A stretch of 56,262 bases of DNA. Origin: Rubricoccaceae bacterium (GTDB taxonomy: Bacteria; Actinomycetota; Actinomycetes; S36-B12). The stretch lies in contig JBEIHR010000002.1 in assembly GCA_040381195.1 (NCBI GenBank), positions 1 through 56,262 of the forward strand. The letters are read 5' to 3'. Below, one piece after another: positions 28,379-41,265 of this stretch. Each line of letters opens with the position of its first letter. The first letter of the stretch is position 1. A program made the position numbers and the translations under genes. The notes below the pieces were generated by a model. The model made no database searches and was not told where the DNA came from. It saw only the letters and a list, made by a program, of their open reading frames with translations.

Positions 28379-29196
28379 GCGCTGTGCTCGCCGCGGGCGG
28401 CCTGGATTGCCACCTCATGTCCGGCTGTGGTTTCCCCGCACCGGGAGCGGAGATCTTCGTCTTCCAGGACATCTTCACCTTCAACCTCTTGCAACTCGAG
28501 TTCGGCATCTCGAAGGTGCACATCCTGCTCTTCCTGGGTGTGGCCATCATCGTGGGTTTCTTCATGTACGCCTTCCGCCGACCGAAGCTCGTCCCCCGGG
28601 GAGCCCAGAACGTCGGCGAGTTGGGCTACCTCTTTATCCGTGACGGGATCGCCAAGGAGACCATCGGTCACGGCGGGGAGAAGTTCGTCCCGTTCCTGTT
28701 CAGCTTCTTCTTCCTGGTCTGGATCCTGAACTTCTTCGGAATCGTGCCGGGCGCCCAGTTGCCCGTCACCTCTATCTTCGCGATCCCCGTGGCTTTCGCG
28801 GTCATCGTCTATCTGGTGTGGGTGCCCCTCGGGATCTACAAGCAGGGGTTCTTCGGCTTCTTCAAGAACATGATGGTCCCGCCCGGTGTCCCGAAGGCGA
28901 TGTACATCCTCTTGGCGCCGATCGAGTTCATCTCGAACATCTTCGTGCGCCCGTTCACGCACGCAGTCCGTCTCTTCGCCAACATGTTTGCCGGTCACCT
29001 CCTCCTCGCAACCTTCAGCATTGCGGCCTTCTACCTGATCAGCGCCAGCGTCATCGGCATCCTCGGCTCGGTCGCCTCCTTCGGTCTCGCGGTTGCGTTG
29101 ACCGGCTTCGAAGCGTTCATCCAGGCGCTCCAGGCCTACATCTTCACGTTGCTCGCCGCCGTCTACATTGGGAGCGCGCTGCACGCGGAGCACTGA
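28375..29196 (+). CDS. atpB: F0F1 ATP synthase subunit a
   Basis: Lies in the 27904..29196 ORF, with an in-frame GTG at 28375 overlapping the preceding stop. Has the essential Arg motif HAVRLFANMFAGH. Start is approximate. Confidence 0.9.
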   Translation: MSAVLAAGGLDCHLMSGCGFPAPGAEIFVFQDIFTFNLLQLEFGISKVHILLFLGVAIIVGFFMYAFRRPKLVPRGAQNVGELGYLFIRDGIAKETIGHGGEKFVPFLFSFFFLVWILNFFGIVPGAQLPVTSIFAIPVAFAVIVYLVWVPLGIYKQGFFGFFKNMMVPPGVPKAMYILLAPIEFISNIFVRPFTHAVRLFANMFAGHLLLATFSIAAFYLISASVIGILGSVASFGLAVALTGFEAFIQALQAYIFTLLAAVYIGSALHAEH

Positions 29197-29221
29197 TCGA
29201 CCAGCTCACACAACTGAATAG

Positions 29222-29503
<282 letters not shown>

Positions 29504-29536
29504 TAGCAACCGCTCAGCAGAAGAGGTAGTGACGTC

Positions 29537-30085
29537 ATGAACGTTCTTGCCGCAGTTCAGGCCGCGGGCGAGGAGATGCCTCGGGTCCTCGACGTGCCGA
29601 TCGATGAATTCATCATCGGCATCATCGCGTTCCTCATCGTCTTCGGAGCCCTGTCGAAGTTCGCACTCCCGAAGATCAAGGCCACACTCGAGGAGCGGGC
29701 CAACATCATCGAGGGAGGAATCCAGCGGTCGCAGGCGGCTGAGGAGGAGGCCCAGAGGCTCCTGGAGGAGTACCGGGCGCAGCTCGCGCAGGCGCGCGAG
29801 GAGGCCGCGAGTATCCGCACCCAGGCGCAGGCCGATCGGACGGCGATCATCGATGAGGCACGTAATGAGGCGCGTCAGGCAGCTGCGGCCGTGACCGCGG
29901 CGGCTGAGGCGGCACTGGCCGCCGATCGCGCCCAGGCGATGTCGACACTCACCCGACAGATTGGTGAGATCTCGGTGACCCTCGCGGGCAAGGTCGTGGG
30001 CGAGGCGCTCACCGACGATGCGCGCGTGCGAGCCACCGTCGACGCATTCCTGAACGATCTCGAACGGCAGGTCGCCCGTTCATGA
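29537..30085 (+). CDS. atpF: F0F1 ATP synthase subunit b
   Basis: 182 aa. An N-terminal TM followed by a long Ala/Glu/Arg coiled coil. Confidence 0.9.
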   Translation: MNVLAAVQAAGEEMPRVLDVPIDEFIIGIIAFLIVFGALSKFALPKIKATLEERANIIEGGIQRSQAAEEEAQRLLEEYRAQLAQAREEAASIRTQAQADRTAIIDEARNEARQAAAAVTAAAEAALAADRAQAMSTLTRQIGEISVTLAGKVVGEALTDDARVRATVDAFLNDLERQVARS

Positions 30086-30891
30086 TCGGAGCCAGTCGCG
30101 ACTCCCTCGCCGCGTGTGTCGAAGCCCTCGACGCACGGCGCGGTGCTGCGGACTTTGCGTCTGTGGGCGAAGACCTCTTCGCTGTCGCGTCCCTGCTGGA
30201 TCAGCAGGGCCAACTGCGGTCCACCCTCGCGGACTCAGGGCAACCGGAAAGCGCCCGACGTGGACTCGTGGAACAACTCCTCGGCGGCAAGATCTCACCG
30301 ACCTCACTCGAGGTCGTGGTGTTCACGGTCGGCCAGAGATGGTCCGAGGATGACGACCTCGTCCTGGCCCTCGAGCAGTTGGCCGACCAGGCTGTGTTCA
30401 CGGTCGCCCAGGACGACGGCACCCTGGACGCGACCGAGGAGGAGATATTCCGCTTCGGTCGTGCGGTCCAAGGTTCCCCCGAACTCCAGATGACTCTGAC
30501 CGATCCGGCGCAGAGCGCCGCGGTCAAGGCGAACGTGGTCACCGACCTCTTGGGCGGCCGCGCGACCCCGGCCACCGTGACCGTTGTGAAGTACGCCGTC
30601 GGACACCTGCATGGCCGCCGCATCGACAGTGTTCTCGACCACCTTTGCGACCTTGCGGCAGCACAGCGCGAGCGCGTGGTGGCCCAGGTACGTGTCGCGC
30701 GTCCGCTGGAGCCGGAGCAGTCACGACGGCTGGCTGCAGCGCTGAGCGCGCTCAAGGGGCGCACGGTGCGCCTGAACGTCGCGGTCGACCCCGATGTACT
30801 CGGTGGCGTGCATGTCACCCTGGGCGACGAGGTCATCGACGGAACCATTGCAACCCGCGTGGAGCAGGCGCGACGCGCCGTGCTCGGATAG
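30082..30891 (+). CDS. atpH: F0F1 ATP synthase subunit delta
   Basis: 269 aa. OSCP-like C-terminus (VARPLEPEQSRRLAAALSALKGRTVRLNVAVDPDVLGGVHVTLGDEVIDGT). ATGA overlap with atpF. Confidence 0.9.
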   Translation: MIGASRDSLAACVEALDARRGAADFASVGEDLFAVASLLDQQGQLRSTLADSGQPESARRGLVEQLLGGKISPTSLEVVVFTVGQRWSEDDDLVLALEQLADQAVFTVAQDDGTLDATEEEIFRFGRAVQGSPELQMTLTDPAQSAAVKANVVTDLLGGRATPATVTVVKYAVGHLHGRRIDSVLDHLCDLAAAQRERVVAQVRVARPLEPEQSRRLAAALSALKGRTVRLNVAVDPDVLGGVHVTLGDEVIDGTIATRVEQARRAVLG

Positions 30892-30936
30892 AACCCACCA
30901 GTGCCCACCCGGGCCCAGAACAGGAAGCAGGACACC

Positions 30937-32571
30937 ATGACGGAGCTGACGATCCGGCCGGAGGAGATCCGGGATGCGATCGAGCGGAACGTCGCGGCGT
31001 ATTCGCCGGCAACCGCCCGTGAAGAAGTCGGCCGTGTAACGGAGATCGGCGACGGAATCGCCCGTGTCGAGGGCCTGCATTCGGCAATGACCAACGAACT
31101 TCTCGAGTTCGACGGTGGACTGCTCGGTGTCGCGCTGAATCTGGACGTGCGCGCGATCGGTGTGGTGCTGCTTGGTGACGGCTCACACATCGAAGAGGGC
31201 CAGCCCGTTCGTCGCACCGGCGAGGTCCTCTCCGTTCCGGTGGGCGACGCATTCCTCGGTCGCGTCGTGGACCCCCTGGGCAACCCCATCGATGGACTTG
31301 GCCCGATCGCGGCAGAGACCCGCCGAGCCCTGGAGGTCCAGGCGCCGACGGTCGTCCAGCGTCAGCCGGTGAAGGAGCCGCTGCAGACCGGCATCAAGGC
31401 CATCGACGCCATGACCGCGATCGGTCGCGGTCAGCGTCAGCTCATCATCGGGGACCGGCAGACCGGCAAGACGGCTGTGTGCCTGGACACGATCCTCAAC
31501 CAGCGCGAGAACTGGAAGTCGGGGGATCCCAAGAAGCAGGTTCGCTGCATCTATGTCGCCATCGGACAGAAGGGCTCGACGATCGCATCGGTCAAGGGTG
31601 CGCTCGAGGAGTACGGCGCGATGGAGTACACGACGATCGTTGCGGCTCCGGCATCCGATCCGGCGGGTTTCAAGTACCTTGCCCCGTACACCGGCTCAGC
31701 CATCGGACAGCACTGGATGTACAACGGCAAGCACGTCTTGATCGTGTTCGATGACCTGTCCAAGCAGGCCGAGGCCTACCGCGCGGTGTCGCTGTTGCTG
31801 CGCCGGCCGCCGGGCCGCGAGGCGTATCCGGGTGACGTCTTCTACTTGCACAGCCGCCTGCTCGAGCGTTGTGCCAAGCTCTCGGACGAGATGGGCGCTG
31901 GCTCGATGACCGGTCTACCGATCATCGAGACCAAGGCCAACGACGTCTCGGCGTTCATCCCGACCAACGTCATCTCCATCACGGATGGTCAGTGCTTCCT
32001 CGAGTCCGACCTGTTCAACTCGGGTGTGCGCCCGGCCATCAACGTCGGAATCTCGGTGTCCCGCGTCGGCGGTTCGGCGCAGCCCAAGGCCATGCGCAAG
32101 GTGGCTGGCAGCCTGCGGCTCAATCTGGCGCAGTACCGCGAACTCGAGGCCTTCGCGGCCTTCGGCTCCGACCTCGACGCCGCGTCCAAGGCGCAGCTCG
32201 AGCGTGGTGCTCGGCTCGTGGAGTTGCTCAAGCAACCCCAGTACAAGCCGCAGCCGATGGAGCGCGAGGTTGTTTCCGTGTGGTCGGGAACCACCGGCAA
32301 ACTCGATGACGTCCCGGTCGAGGACATTCGTCGTTTCGATGCCGAGTTCCTGGAGTACCTGGATCGTTCGGCCCCGCAGGTGTTCGAGGCGATCCGGACC
32401 ACAACCGAGCTGTCCGACGACACCGTGTCGGTGCTCGATTCGTCGATCGCCGCGTTCAAGAAGCAATTCACCACCAGTTCGGGTCAGCTCCTCATCAACG
32501 ACGAGCCTGTTGAAGCACTCGCCGATGAGGAAATCGACCCGACGCAAATCAAGCGGGCGGTGCGGGGCTAG
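30937..32571 (+). CDS. atpA: F0F1 ATP synthase subunit alpha
   Basis: Lies in the 30901..32571 ORF, with the ATG at 30937 ([16 protein letters not shown]). Walker A GDRQTGKT. Confidence 0.95.
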   Translation: MTELTIRPEEIRDAIERNVAAYSPATAREEVGRVTEIGDGIARVEGLHSAMTNELLEFDGGLLGVALNLDVRAIGVVLLGDGSHIEEGQPVRRTGEVLSVPVGDAFLGRVVDPLGNPIDGLGPIAAETRRALEVQAPTVVQRQPVKEPLQTGIKAIDAMTAIGRGQRQLIIGDRQTGKTAVCLDTILNQRENWKSGDPKKQVRCIYVAIGQKGSTIASVKGALEEYGAMEYTTIVAAPASDPAGFKYLAPYTGSAIGQHWMYNGKHVLIVFDDLSKQAEAYRAVSLLLRRPPGREAYPGDVFYLHSRLLERCAKLSDEMGAGSMTGLPIIETKANDVSAFIPTNVISITDGQCFLESDLFNSGVRPAINVGISVSRVGGSAQPKAMRKVAGSLRLNLAQYRELEAFAAFGSDLDAASKAQLERGARLVELLKQPQYKPQPMEREVVSVWSGTTGKLDDVPVEDIRRFDAEFLEYLDRSAPQVFEAIRTTTELSDDTVSVLDSSIAAFKKQFTTSSGQLLINDEPVEALADEEIDPTQIKRAVRG

Positions 32572-32574
32572 TTC

Positions 32575-34958
<2,384 letters not shown>

Positions 34959-34960
34959 TC

Positions 34961-35353
34961 ATGGCTGAACTCGACGTCGCCGTGGTGTCCGCCGAACGCT
35001 CCCTGTGGAGCGGTTCGGCGCGCAGCGTCGTCGCCAAGACACCGGAAGGCGAGATCGGCATCCTGCCGGGGCATGAGCCGGTTCTCGCCCTCTTGGTGGA
35101 GAGCCCGCTCCGAATCGAGCAACCGGACGGCACCAAGGTGCTCGTTGCCGTCCACGGTGGGTTCTTCTCCGTGGACTCGAACAAGGTGAACGTCATCGCA
35201 GAGGTGGCCGAACTGGCCGAGGACATCGATGTGGATCGTGCCCAGGCCGCACTGGCACGTGCCCAGGCCGCCGGCGCCGAGACGGACATGTCGGCGCTCA
35301 AGCGGGCCGAGACCCGTATTCAGGTCGCGGGCGTGGCGAAGGGTCTGCGCTAG
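34961..35353 (+). CDS. atpC: F0F1 ATP synthase subunit epsilon
   Basis: Lies in the 34904..35353 ORF, with the ATG at 34961, 2 nt after the atpD stop. MAELDVAVVSAERSLWSG...GILPGHEP. Confidence 0.9.
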   Translation: MAELDVAVVSAERSLWSGSARSVVAKTPEGEIGILPGHEPVLALLVESPLRIEQPDGTKVLVAVHGGFFSVDSNKVNVIAEVAELAEDIDVDRAQAALARAQAAGAETDMSALKRAETRIQVAGVAKGLR

Positions 35354-35907
35354 TCGTCTGCCGGCACCAAGCGCAGTGTGATCCGGTCGAGCACGCGCAG
35401 ACGACGGCGTTTCACCGCGGAACGCCAGACTTCCATGGTCATGAGCTGAACCGGGAACCACAGCAGCACCCAACTCGTAATGCTCAAGCCCTCGCCCACG
35501 ACGTCGACGAGGTACTCATCCATCGGATCGGCGTTGTTCTTGACCAGAATGCTGGCGAATTGAAAGAGAAAGAACGCGATGACGCCCAGGGGTAGCAGTC
35601 GGCGTCCGATCGCACCCCCGGCCTCGGTGCTGTCGAGGTCGATGATGTTCTGCGCACGAACCCACCGGCGGATCCCGACCGTCAACGCTTCCTCGAGACC
35701 GGGGCGGATCTGATCGGACGGCAGCGTCACGGCGAGCTCGACGTCCGCGGTTCCCCGTGGCTGCTTACGCAGGAGCATGTCACGGACGGTGTCCATCGCG
35801 GGCTGGGCGGTGTACTCGGTGTAGAGGGGTGACGTCGGGCTGATGTCATCGGCAGTGAAGAGCTGGCCGGGATGAGACAGCTCGAAGGCGATGACGAACG
35901 GTGCCAT
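35350..35907 (-). CDS. Hypothetical membrane protein (two C-terminal TM segments)
   Basis: Lies in the 35350..35934 ORF. The ATG at 35907 is 2 nt after the stop of the adenosyltransferase gene. No recognisable motif. Coding status rests on ORF length and operon context. Confidence 0.5.
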   Translation of the reverse strand: MAPFVIAFELSHPGQLFTADDISPTSPLYTEYTAQPAMDTVRDMLLRKQPRGTADVELAVTLPSDQIRPGLEEALTVGIRRWVRAQNIIDLDSTEAGGAIGRRLLPLGVIAFFLFQFASILVKNNADPMDEYLVDVVGEGLSITSWVLLWFPVQLMTMEVWRSAVKRRRLRVLDRITLRLVPADD

Positions 35908-35909
35908 GG

Positions 35910-36485
35910 CTACCGGGTCGCCCCCGGCTCCCACAGCACATCGCCCCCGGCATCGACGTTGGCGACGCGGGCCAGGATGAAAAGCAGGTCACTGAGGCGG
36001 TTGAGGTACGTGGCGGTCAACGGGTTCATACCGCCGTGGTACATGTCGAGTGCGGCCCAGGTGGTGCGCTCTGCGCGTCGGACCACCGTGCGTGCCACGT
36101 GCAGGTAGGCGGCGACCGGAGTCCCCCCGGGGAGGATGAAGGAGCGGAGCGGGCTGAGTGGCTCGTTGTACTGGTCGCATTCCGATTCGAGTCGCGCGAT
36201 GTAGTCGTTCGTCACGCGCAGTGGCTCGTGTTCCGGTGAGTCGACGACGGGCGTGCACAGATCTGCCCCGACGTCGAAGAGCTCGTTCTGAACCCGGCGG
36301 AGCAATGTCGCCATACCCGAATCAACGCCCGACTGCGCGAGAACGACTCCGATGGCGCAGTTGGCCTCGTCCACATCGGCGTAAGCCTTGAGTCGGGGAT
36401 CGTTCTTGCCCGTGCGGGACATGTCCCCGAGGGACGTCGTGCCGTCGTCGCCGGTGCGGGTGTAGATCCGAGTGAGATTCACCAT
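35910..36485 (-). CDS. PduO-type ATP:cob(I)alamin adenosyltransferase
   Basis: 191 aa. [19 protein letters not shown]... is the signature N-terminus of the family. It occupies the conserved position next to murA. Confidence 0.9.
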   Translation of the reverse strand: MVNLTRIYTRTGDDGTTSLGDMSRTGKNDPRLKAYADVDEANCAIGVVLAQSGVDSGMATLLRRVQNELFDVGADLCTPVVDSPEHEPLRVTNDYIARLESECDQYNEPLSPLRSFILPGGTPVAAYLHVARTVVRRAERTTWAALDMYHGGMNPLTATYLNRLSDLLFILARVANVDAGGDVLWEPGATR

Positions 36486-36533
36486 GCGATGACCCTAGGG
36501 CAGAGGGAGACTCCGCGCTCGTACGATGCGCGA

Positions 36534-37799
36534 GTGCAGTGGTTCCGCATTGAGGGAGGCGAGCGCCTCGTCGGCGCGGTCGACGTCCCAGGAGCCAAGA
36601 ACTCGGTCCTGAAGCTCATGGCGGCTGCCCTGCTCGCCCCGGGGACCACCACGGTGACGAATGTGCCCGATATCGACGATGTCGGCATCATGTCCGAGTT
36701 GCTCCGGCGATTGGGGTGCGATGTCACCCACGATCGCGAGACTGCCGCCCTCGTTATCGATGTCCCGGAGCGGCCCGATCATCGAGCCGACTACGACCTG
36801 GTGCGCCGCATGCGCGCGTCGATCTGTGTGCTGGGACCCTTGCTTGCCCGCTGCGGCGCCGCGGACGTTGCGCTCCCCGGTGGAGACAACATCGGTTCGC
36901 GGGGTCTGGACTTGCACATCGCGGGATTACGTCGACTCGGTGCGCAGGTCTCCAATGAGCATGGCTACTTGGTCGCGGTGGCGGAGCGCCTTCGCGGGGC
37001 GGAGATCTGGTTGGACTTCCCGAGTGTCGGCGCGACCGAGACATTGGTCATGAGCGCGGTGCTCGCCGAGGGACGTTCCGTGATCGACAACGCAGCACGC
37101 GAGCCCGAGATCGTGGATATCTGCTCGATGCTCGTGGACATGGGGGCCCGGATCGATGGGATCGGTTCGGCAACGTTGACCGTGGAGGGAGTGCGCGAAC
37201 TCTCACCCGTGCGGCATGCGACCGTTCCCGACCGCATCGTCGCTGGCACCTACGCCGTGGCCGCGGTGATGACCGGCGGGTCTCTGGAGATCCGCGGGGC
37301 GCACGCGGAGCATGTGTCGCTGCCGTTGGAGAAGCTGGCCATGGCGGGCGCCACCGTCGTTATCGCAGAGGACGGATTCTCGGTCACGATGGATGGTCGC
37401 CCCCGCGCGGTCGATGTGGTCACACTGCCGTATCCGGGATTCCCCACAGATCTCCAGCCGCAGTTCATCGCGTTGAACTCAATTGCCGACGGTGCGGCGC
37501 TCGTGACCGAAAACCTCTTTGAGGCCCGTTTCCGCTTCGTCCAGGAGTTAGCGCGCCTGGGTGCGGATGTCCGTACCGATGGTCACCATGCGCTGGTTCG
37601 TGGGCGTTCCCGCCTCTCGGGGGCCCCGGTGGAGGCGACGGATATCCGTGCGGGCGCCGGCCTCGTCCTAGCTGGGTTGGTGGCCGAGGGTGTCACCGAG
37701 GTGTACGGGGTGGACCACATCGACCGTGGCTATGCGGGCCTGGTGTCCGCTATCGCCGGTGTGGGGGGACGCATCACGCGCGAGGACGTCAGCCCCTGA
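36534..37799 (+). CDS. murA: UDP-N-acetylglucosamine 1-carboxyvinyltransferase
   Basis: Lies in the 36489..37799 ORF. GTG at 36534 gives [31 protein letters not shown]. The position equivalent to the usual active-site Cys reads [11 protein letters not shown]; I cannot assign the catalytic residue by eye. Start is approximate. Confidence 0.9.
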   Translation: MQWFRIEGGERLVGAVDVPGAKNSVLKLMAAALLAPGTTTVTNVPDIDDVGIMSELLRRLGCDVTHDRETAALVIDVPERPDHRADYDLVRRMRASICVLGPLLARCGAADVALPGGDNIGSRGLDLHIAGLRRLGAQVSNEHGYLVAVAERLRGAEIWLDFPSVGATETLVMSAVLAEGRSVIDNAAREPEIVDICSMLVDMGARIDGIGSATLTVEGVRELSPVRHATVPDRIVAGTYAVAAVMTGGSLEIRGAHAEHVSLPLEKLAMAGATVVIAEDGFSVTMDGRPRAVDVVTLPYPGFPTDLQPQFIALNSIADGAALVTENLFEARFRFVQELARLGADVRTDGHHALVRGRSRLSGAPVEATDIRAGAGLVLAGLVAEGVTEVYGVDHIDRGYAGLVSAIAGVGGRITREDVSP

Positions 37800-38103
37800 G
37801 GATCTGGCGGGCGCGATTCTCGTCGGCCGGCCACACCATCACCCGGGGCCCGTCAAGGGTTTGGGCGAGATTCGCTCGGATACCGGCATCCTCGAGTCTC
37901 CGACGAGTGATCTCCCCCTCCGCGTAGGAGCCCGGTGCGGCCACGCTCACGAGCAGGCCGTACTCCTCGGTCGCACCGGAACGCGCGGGTGCGGCAACGA
38001 CGGACTCCCCGCGCCGGAATGCCCAGCGCAGGATGACGATGAGGATCGCCAGGCCACCGGCAGCCACCAGCGGACCGAAGAGGAACGAGAACGACCCGGA
38101 CAC
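37789..38103 (-). CDS. Hypothetical small membrane-anchored protein
   Basis: Lies in the 37789..38181 ORF, with GTG at 38103 giving [27 protein letters not shown] (TM) and a compact C-terminal domain ([33 protein letters not shown]). Start uncertain. Confidence 0.45.
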   Translation of the reverse strand: MSGSFSFLFGPLVAAGGLAILIVILRWAFRRGESVVAAPARSGATEEYGLLVSVAAPGSYAEGEITRRRLEDAGIRANLAQTLDGPRVMVWPADENRARQILRG

Positions 38104-38155
38104 GGCCCTATGGTGACGTGCCCGGGGCCGTTGCGCCACCGGGTACCGTGCCTCG

Positions 38156-38824
38156 GTGCGGATCGTGGTCGCCCGGTGCACCGTCGACTACGTCGGGCGT
38201 CTCACCGCGCACCTGCCCGAAGCGGATCGCGTGATCATCGTCAAAGCGGATGGCTCCGTGCTGATCCACGCGGATGGTGGCTCGTACAAGCCGCTCAACT
38301 GGATGAGTCCTCCCTGCACGTTGCGCGAGACGGACTCGGATCCGATGACCTGGGAGGTCACGAACAAGGCGGGGGAGAGCCTTGTGATCCGCATCCATGC
38401 CATATCGCACGACAGTGAGCACGCTCTCGGCATCGATCCCGGCCTGGTGAAGGACGGGGTCGAATCCCACCTCCAGGTCCTACTCGCGGAACACCTCGAC
38501 GTACTGGGCATCGGCTACTCGCTGGTGCGGCGCGAGTACCCCACGGCGATCGGTCCGGTCGATCTGTTGTGTCGGGCTCCGGGCGGGGCGCATGTGGCCG
38601 TCGAGATCAAGCGCCGGGGCGAGATCGACGGAGTCGAGCAATTGACCCGCTACCTCGAACTACTCAATCGGGATCCTCTCCTTGCTCCCGTCGACGGTGT
38701 GTTCGCGGCGCAGGAGATCAAGCCTCAGGCTCGGACATTGGCCGAGGATCGTGGCATCCGGTGCGTGGTGCTCGATTATGAGGAGCTCAAAGGCACCTCC
38801 GACGTCGGATCCCGACTGTTCTGA
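38156..38824 (+). CDS. nucS: Endonuclease NucS (EndoMS, non-canonical mismatch repair)
   Basis: 222 aa. [54 protein letters not shown] closely matches the mycobacterial NucS N-terminus as I recall it. The C-terminal RecB-like nuclease core is DLLC...VAVEIKRRG. Confidence 0.95.
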   Translation: MRIVVARCTVDYVGRLTAHLPEADRVIIVKADGSVLIHADGGSYKPLNWMSPPCTLRETDSDPMTWEVTNKAGESLVIRIHAISHDSEHALGIDPGLVKDGVESHLQVLLAEHLDVLGIGYSLVRREYPTAIGPVDLLCRAPGGAHVAVEIKRRGEIDGVEQLTRYLELLNRDPLLAPVDGVFAAQEIKPQARTLAEDRGIRCVVLDYEELKGTSDVGSRLF

Positions 38825-38842
38825 CTTTGGCAGACTGACGGC

Positions 38843-39115
38843 ATGGGGCGGAAAAATCGGCGCACTCCGGCGCCCACGCGGGAGTACGTACCGAGCACGC
38901 GCGTGGAGACCCACCCGGACGGTGACTGGTACGTGCGCTCGCTCACGGGATCTGCTGCGACGAAGGACTACCGCTGCCCGGGGTGCGATCAGGTGATCCG
39001 CCCGGCGACACCACACATCGTGGCCTGGTCCGCTGAGGATCCGCAGGGTGCCGAGTTGCGCAGACACTGGCACACCCCCTGCTGGTCGGCACGAGATCGT
39101 CGTCGCCCCCGATGA
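38843..39115 (+). CDS. Small conserved zinc-ribbon-like protein downstream of nucS
   Basis: 90 aa. Has CPGC ... HWHTPCW and basic termini. Its stop overlaps the next start (ATGA). Confidence 0.55.
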   Translation: MGRKNRRTPAPTREYVPSTRVETHPDGDWYVRSLTGSAATKDYRCPGCDQVIRPATPHIVAWSAEDPQGAELRRHWHTPCWSARDRRRPR

Positions 39116-39846
39116 AGATCTCCGCCAATTCGGTACTGCCGGCAGAGCGTCGTGAGATCGAACTCCGAACCTCCGATGGACTCACGTTGGTTGGTGAATG
39201 CGCGCTCCCGCGTGACGGTGCACCACGTGCGTGCATCGTCTGCGTGCACCCGTTGCCCACGCACGGCGGGATGATGGATTCACATGTGTTGCGCAAGATG
39301 GCCTGGCGCCTCCCGGCGCTGGCCGATATCGCCGTACTGCGCTTCAACACTCGCGGAACGTCGAGCGCCCGTGGCACGAGTGAAGGCACGTTCGATTCGA
39401 GCGAGGGAGAGGGCCGAGACCTCGCCGCCGCAGTGGACTGGGTTGCGTCCCAGGGACTGCCGCGCCCCTGGGTCGTCGGATGGTCCTTCGGGACCGACGT
39501 GATCCTGCGCCATGCGCGCGCACTCGATATCGCCGGCGTAATCCTGCTCTCGCCGCCGCTACGTTTCACAACTGCGGCGGAACTCACTGCGTGGGCTGAT
39601 GCTGACGTGCCCGTGGTCGCTCTCATTCCGGAACGCGACGATTACCTGCCACCGGCGCCCGCACGGGAGCGCTTCGCGGTTGCGCCCAACATTCGACTCA
39701 TTGTCATCGACGACGCACCGCACCTGTGGGTGGGAGAGAAGAACGTGCAACGCGTTCTCGACGAGATCCTTCGCGCCATCACGGGCCGTGCGGAGACGCT
39801 GCCGCGTGAGTGGGACGGACCTATGGAGCGCTGGTCGGACCTTTAG
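39112..39846 (+). CDS. Alpha/beta-fold hydrolase
   Basis: 244 aa. Nucleophile elbow GWSFG, plus candidate Asp (ERDDY) and His (DDAPHLW) triad residues. Confidence 0.75.
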   Translation: MKISANSVLPAERREIELRTSDGLTLVGECALPRDGAPRACIVCVHPLPTHGGMMDSHVLRKMAWRLPALADIAVLRFNTRGTSSARGTSEGTFDSSEGEGRDLAAAVDWVASQGLPRPWVVGWSFGTDVILRHARALDIAGVILLSPPLRFTTAAELTAWADADVPVVALIPERDDYLPPAPARERFAVAPNIRLIVIDDAPHLWVGEKNVQRVLDEILRAITGRAETLPREWDGPMERWSDL

Positions 39847-40265
39847 CGTTCGACGTGTTGCACCAACTCGATCAGCACCCCACCACTGTCCTTGGGGTGC
39901 GTGAAGTTCACCAATGATCCGGCTGTGCCGATCTTCGGCTCGTCGTACAGGACGCGCACTCCCTGGGATCGCAGGTGGTCGGCGACTGCGCGCACGTCCG
40001 TGACCGTGTAGGCAACCTGTTGAATTCCCGGCCCCGATTTCTCGAGGAACCGACCGATGGGGGAGTCGGGACGCAAGGGCGCGAGCACTTGGATGCACGA
40101 CCCGGACTCGCCGAGGGAGAGCATCGCCTCCTCGACCCCCTGTTCCTCGTTGACCTCTCGGTGCGCTACCGACAAACCGAACACGCGCCCGTAGTAGTCG
40201 ATCGCCTCGTCGAGATCGCGGACCGCGATACCGACGTGATCGATTGCCCGAAGCCAGGACTCCAT
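39843..40265 (-). CDS. mce: Methylmalonyl-CoA epimerase (VOC/glyoxalase fold)
   Basis: Lies in the 39843..40301 ORF. I prefer the ATG at 40265 (MESWLRAIDHVGIAVRDLDEAIDYYGRVFG), which gives typical family length. Also GPGIQQVAY and GVLIELVQ. Confidence 0.8.
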   Translation of the reverse strand: MESWLRAIDHVGIAVRDLDEAIDYYGRVFGLSVAHREVNEEQGVEEAMLSLGESGSCIQVLAPLRPDSPIGRFLEKSGPGIQQVAYTVTDVRAVADHLRSQGVRVLYDEPKIGTAGSLVNFTHPKDSGGVLIELVQHVER

Positions 40266-40310
40266 GTGCGTCATCGTGGCATCCGTGGCCGGGCCCTGCA
40301 TGATGGGGGC

Positions 40311-41246
40311 GTGGATTCGGTGGACTCCCTGGCTGCGGGTGTGCGCGCGGGGGGTGTCCGCGAGATCGCCCGAGCGATCAGCGCTATCGAGAACTCGCCC
40401 ATCGGAGCCCCGGACCTACTCGACGCGCTGGGGGCACCGACCAGTCCTGCCCACGTCATCGGCGTGACGGGGGCGCCCGGGGTAGGCAAATCCACGATGA
40501 CGTCTGCGCTCGTGCGGGCCTTCCGGATGCGGGGGTCCCGGGTGGCCGTGATCGCGGTCGACCCGTCGTCTCCCTTCTCCGGTGGCGCCCTGCTCGGGGA
40601 TCGGATCCGCATGCAGGAGCATTCTGGAGACACGGGCGTCTACATCCGATCCATGGCCTCCCGCGGGCACCTGGGTGGACTCGCGGCCGCCATCGGGCCG
40701 GTGCTGCGTGTGTGCGAGGTCGCCGGGTTCGACGTCGTGATACTCGAGACTGTCGGTGTCGGCCAATCGGAGGTTGAGGTCGCGGCCGCGGCAGACACGA
40801 CGCTCGTGCTGGTCGCACCCGGGATGGGTGATGGCATCCAAGCCGCGAAAGCGGGCATCTTGGAAATCGGCGACATTTTCGTCGTGAACAAGGCCGATCG
40901 TGACGGAGCTGCAACCACGGCCCGAGAGTTGCGTCACATGATCGCCCTGGGTGAGCGGCCGCCCCAGGAGTGGGAGCCACCCGTGAACCTCACCGTTGCG
41001 AGCACGGGAGACGGCGTGAACGAGGTCGTCGAGGCGACGGACCGTCATCGCGCCTGGCTCGTGGAGACCGGAGCCCTGACCCGCCGTCGTGAGTTGCGAG
41101 CCCGGGAGGAAATCCTCGACACGGCATCGGCACTGACCAGGGCGCGGCTTCTCGAGAATCGTCCCGGCGTGGACGCCCTGGCCGCGGAGGTCGCAGCCGG
41201 CCAGCGGACCGCCTTCGAGGCTGCCCGAAGCCTCGTCGCAGACTGA
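40311..41246 (+). CDS. meaB: Methylmalonyl-CoA mutase-associated G-protein chaperone (MeaB/ArgK)
   Basis: Lies in the 39975..41246 ORF, with an in-frame GTG at 40311. Motifs: Walker A GAPGVGKST, LGDRIRM, ETVGVGQSE, NKADRDG. Confidence 0.9.
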   Translation: MDSVDSLAAGVRAGGVREIARAISAIENSPIGAPDLLDALGAPTSPAHVIGVTGAPGVGKSTMTSALVRAFRMRGSRVAVIAVDPSSPFSGGALLGDRIRMQEHSGDTGVYIRSMASRGHLGGLAAAIGPVLRVCEVAGFDVVILETVGVGQSEVEVAAAADTTLVLVAPGMGDGIQAAKAGILEIGDIFVVNKADRDGAATTARELRHMIALGERPPQEWEPPVNLTVASTGDGVNEVVEATDRHRAWLVETGALTRRRELRAREEILDTASALTRARLLENRPGVDALAAEVAAGQRTAFEAARSLVAD

Positions 41247-41265
41247 CCCTCGGCACAATGGGGGC

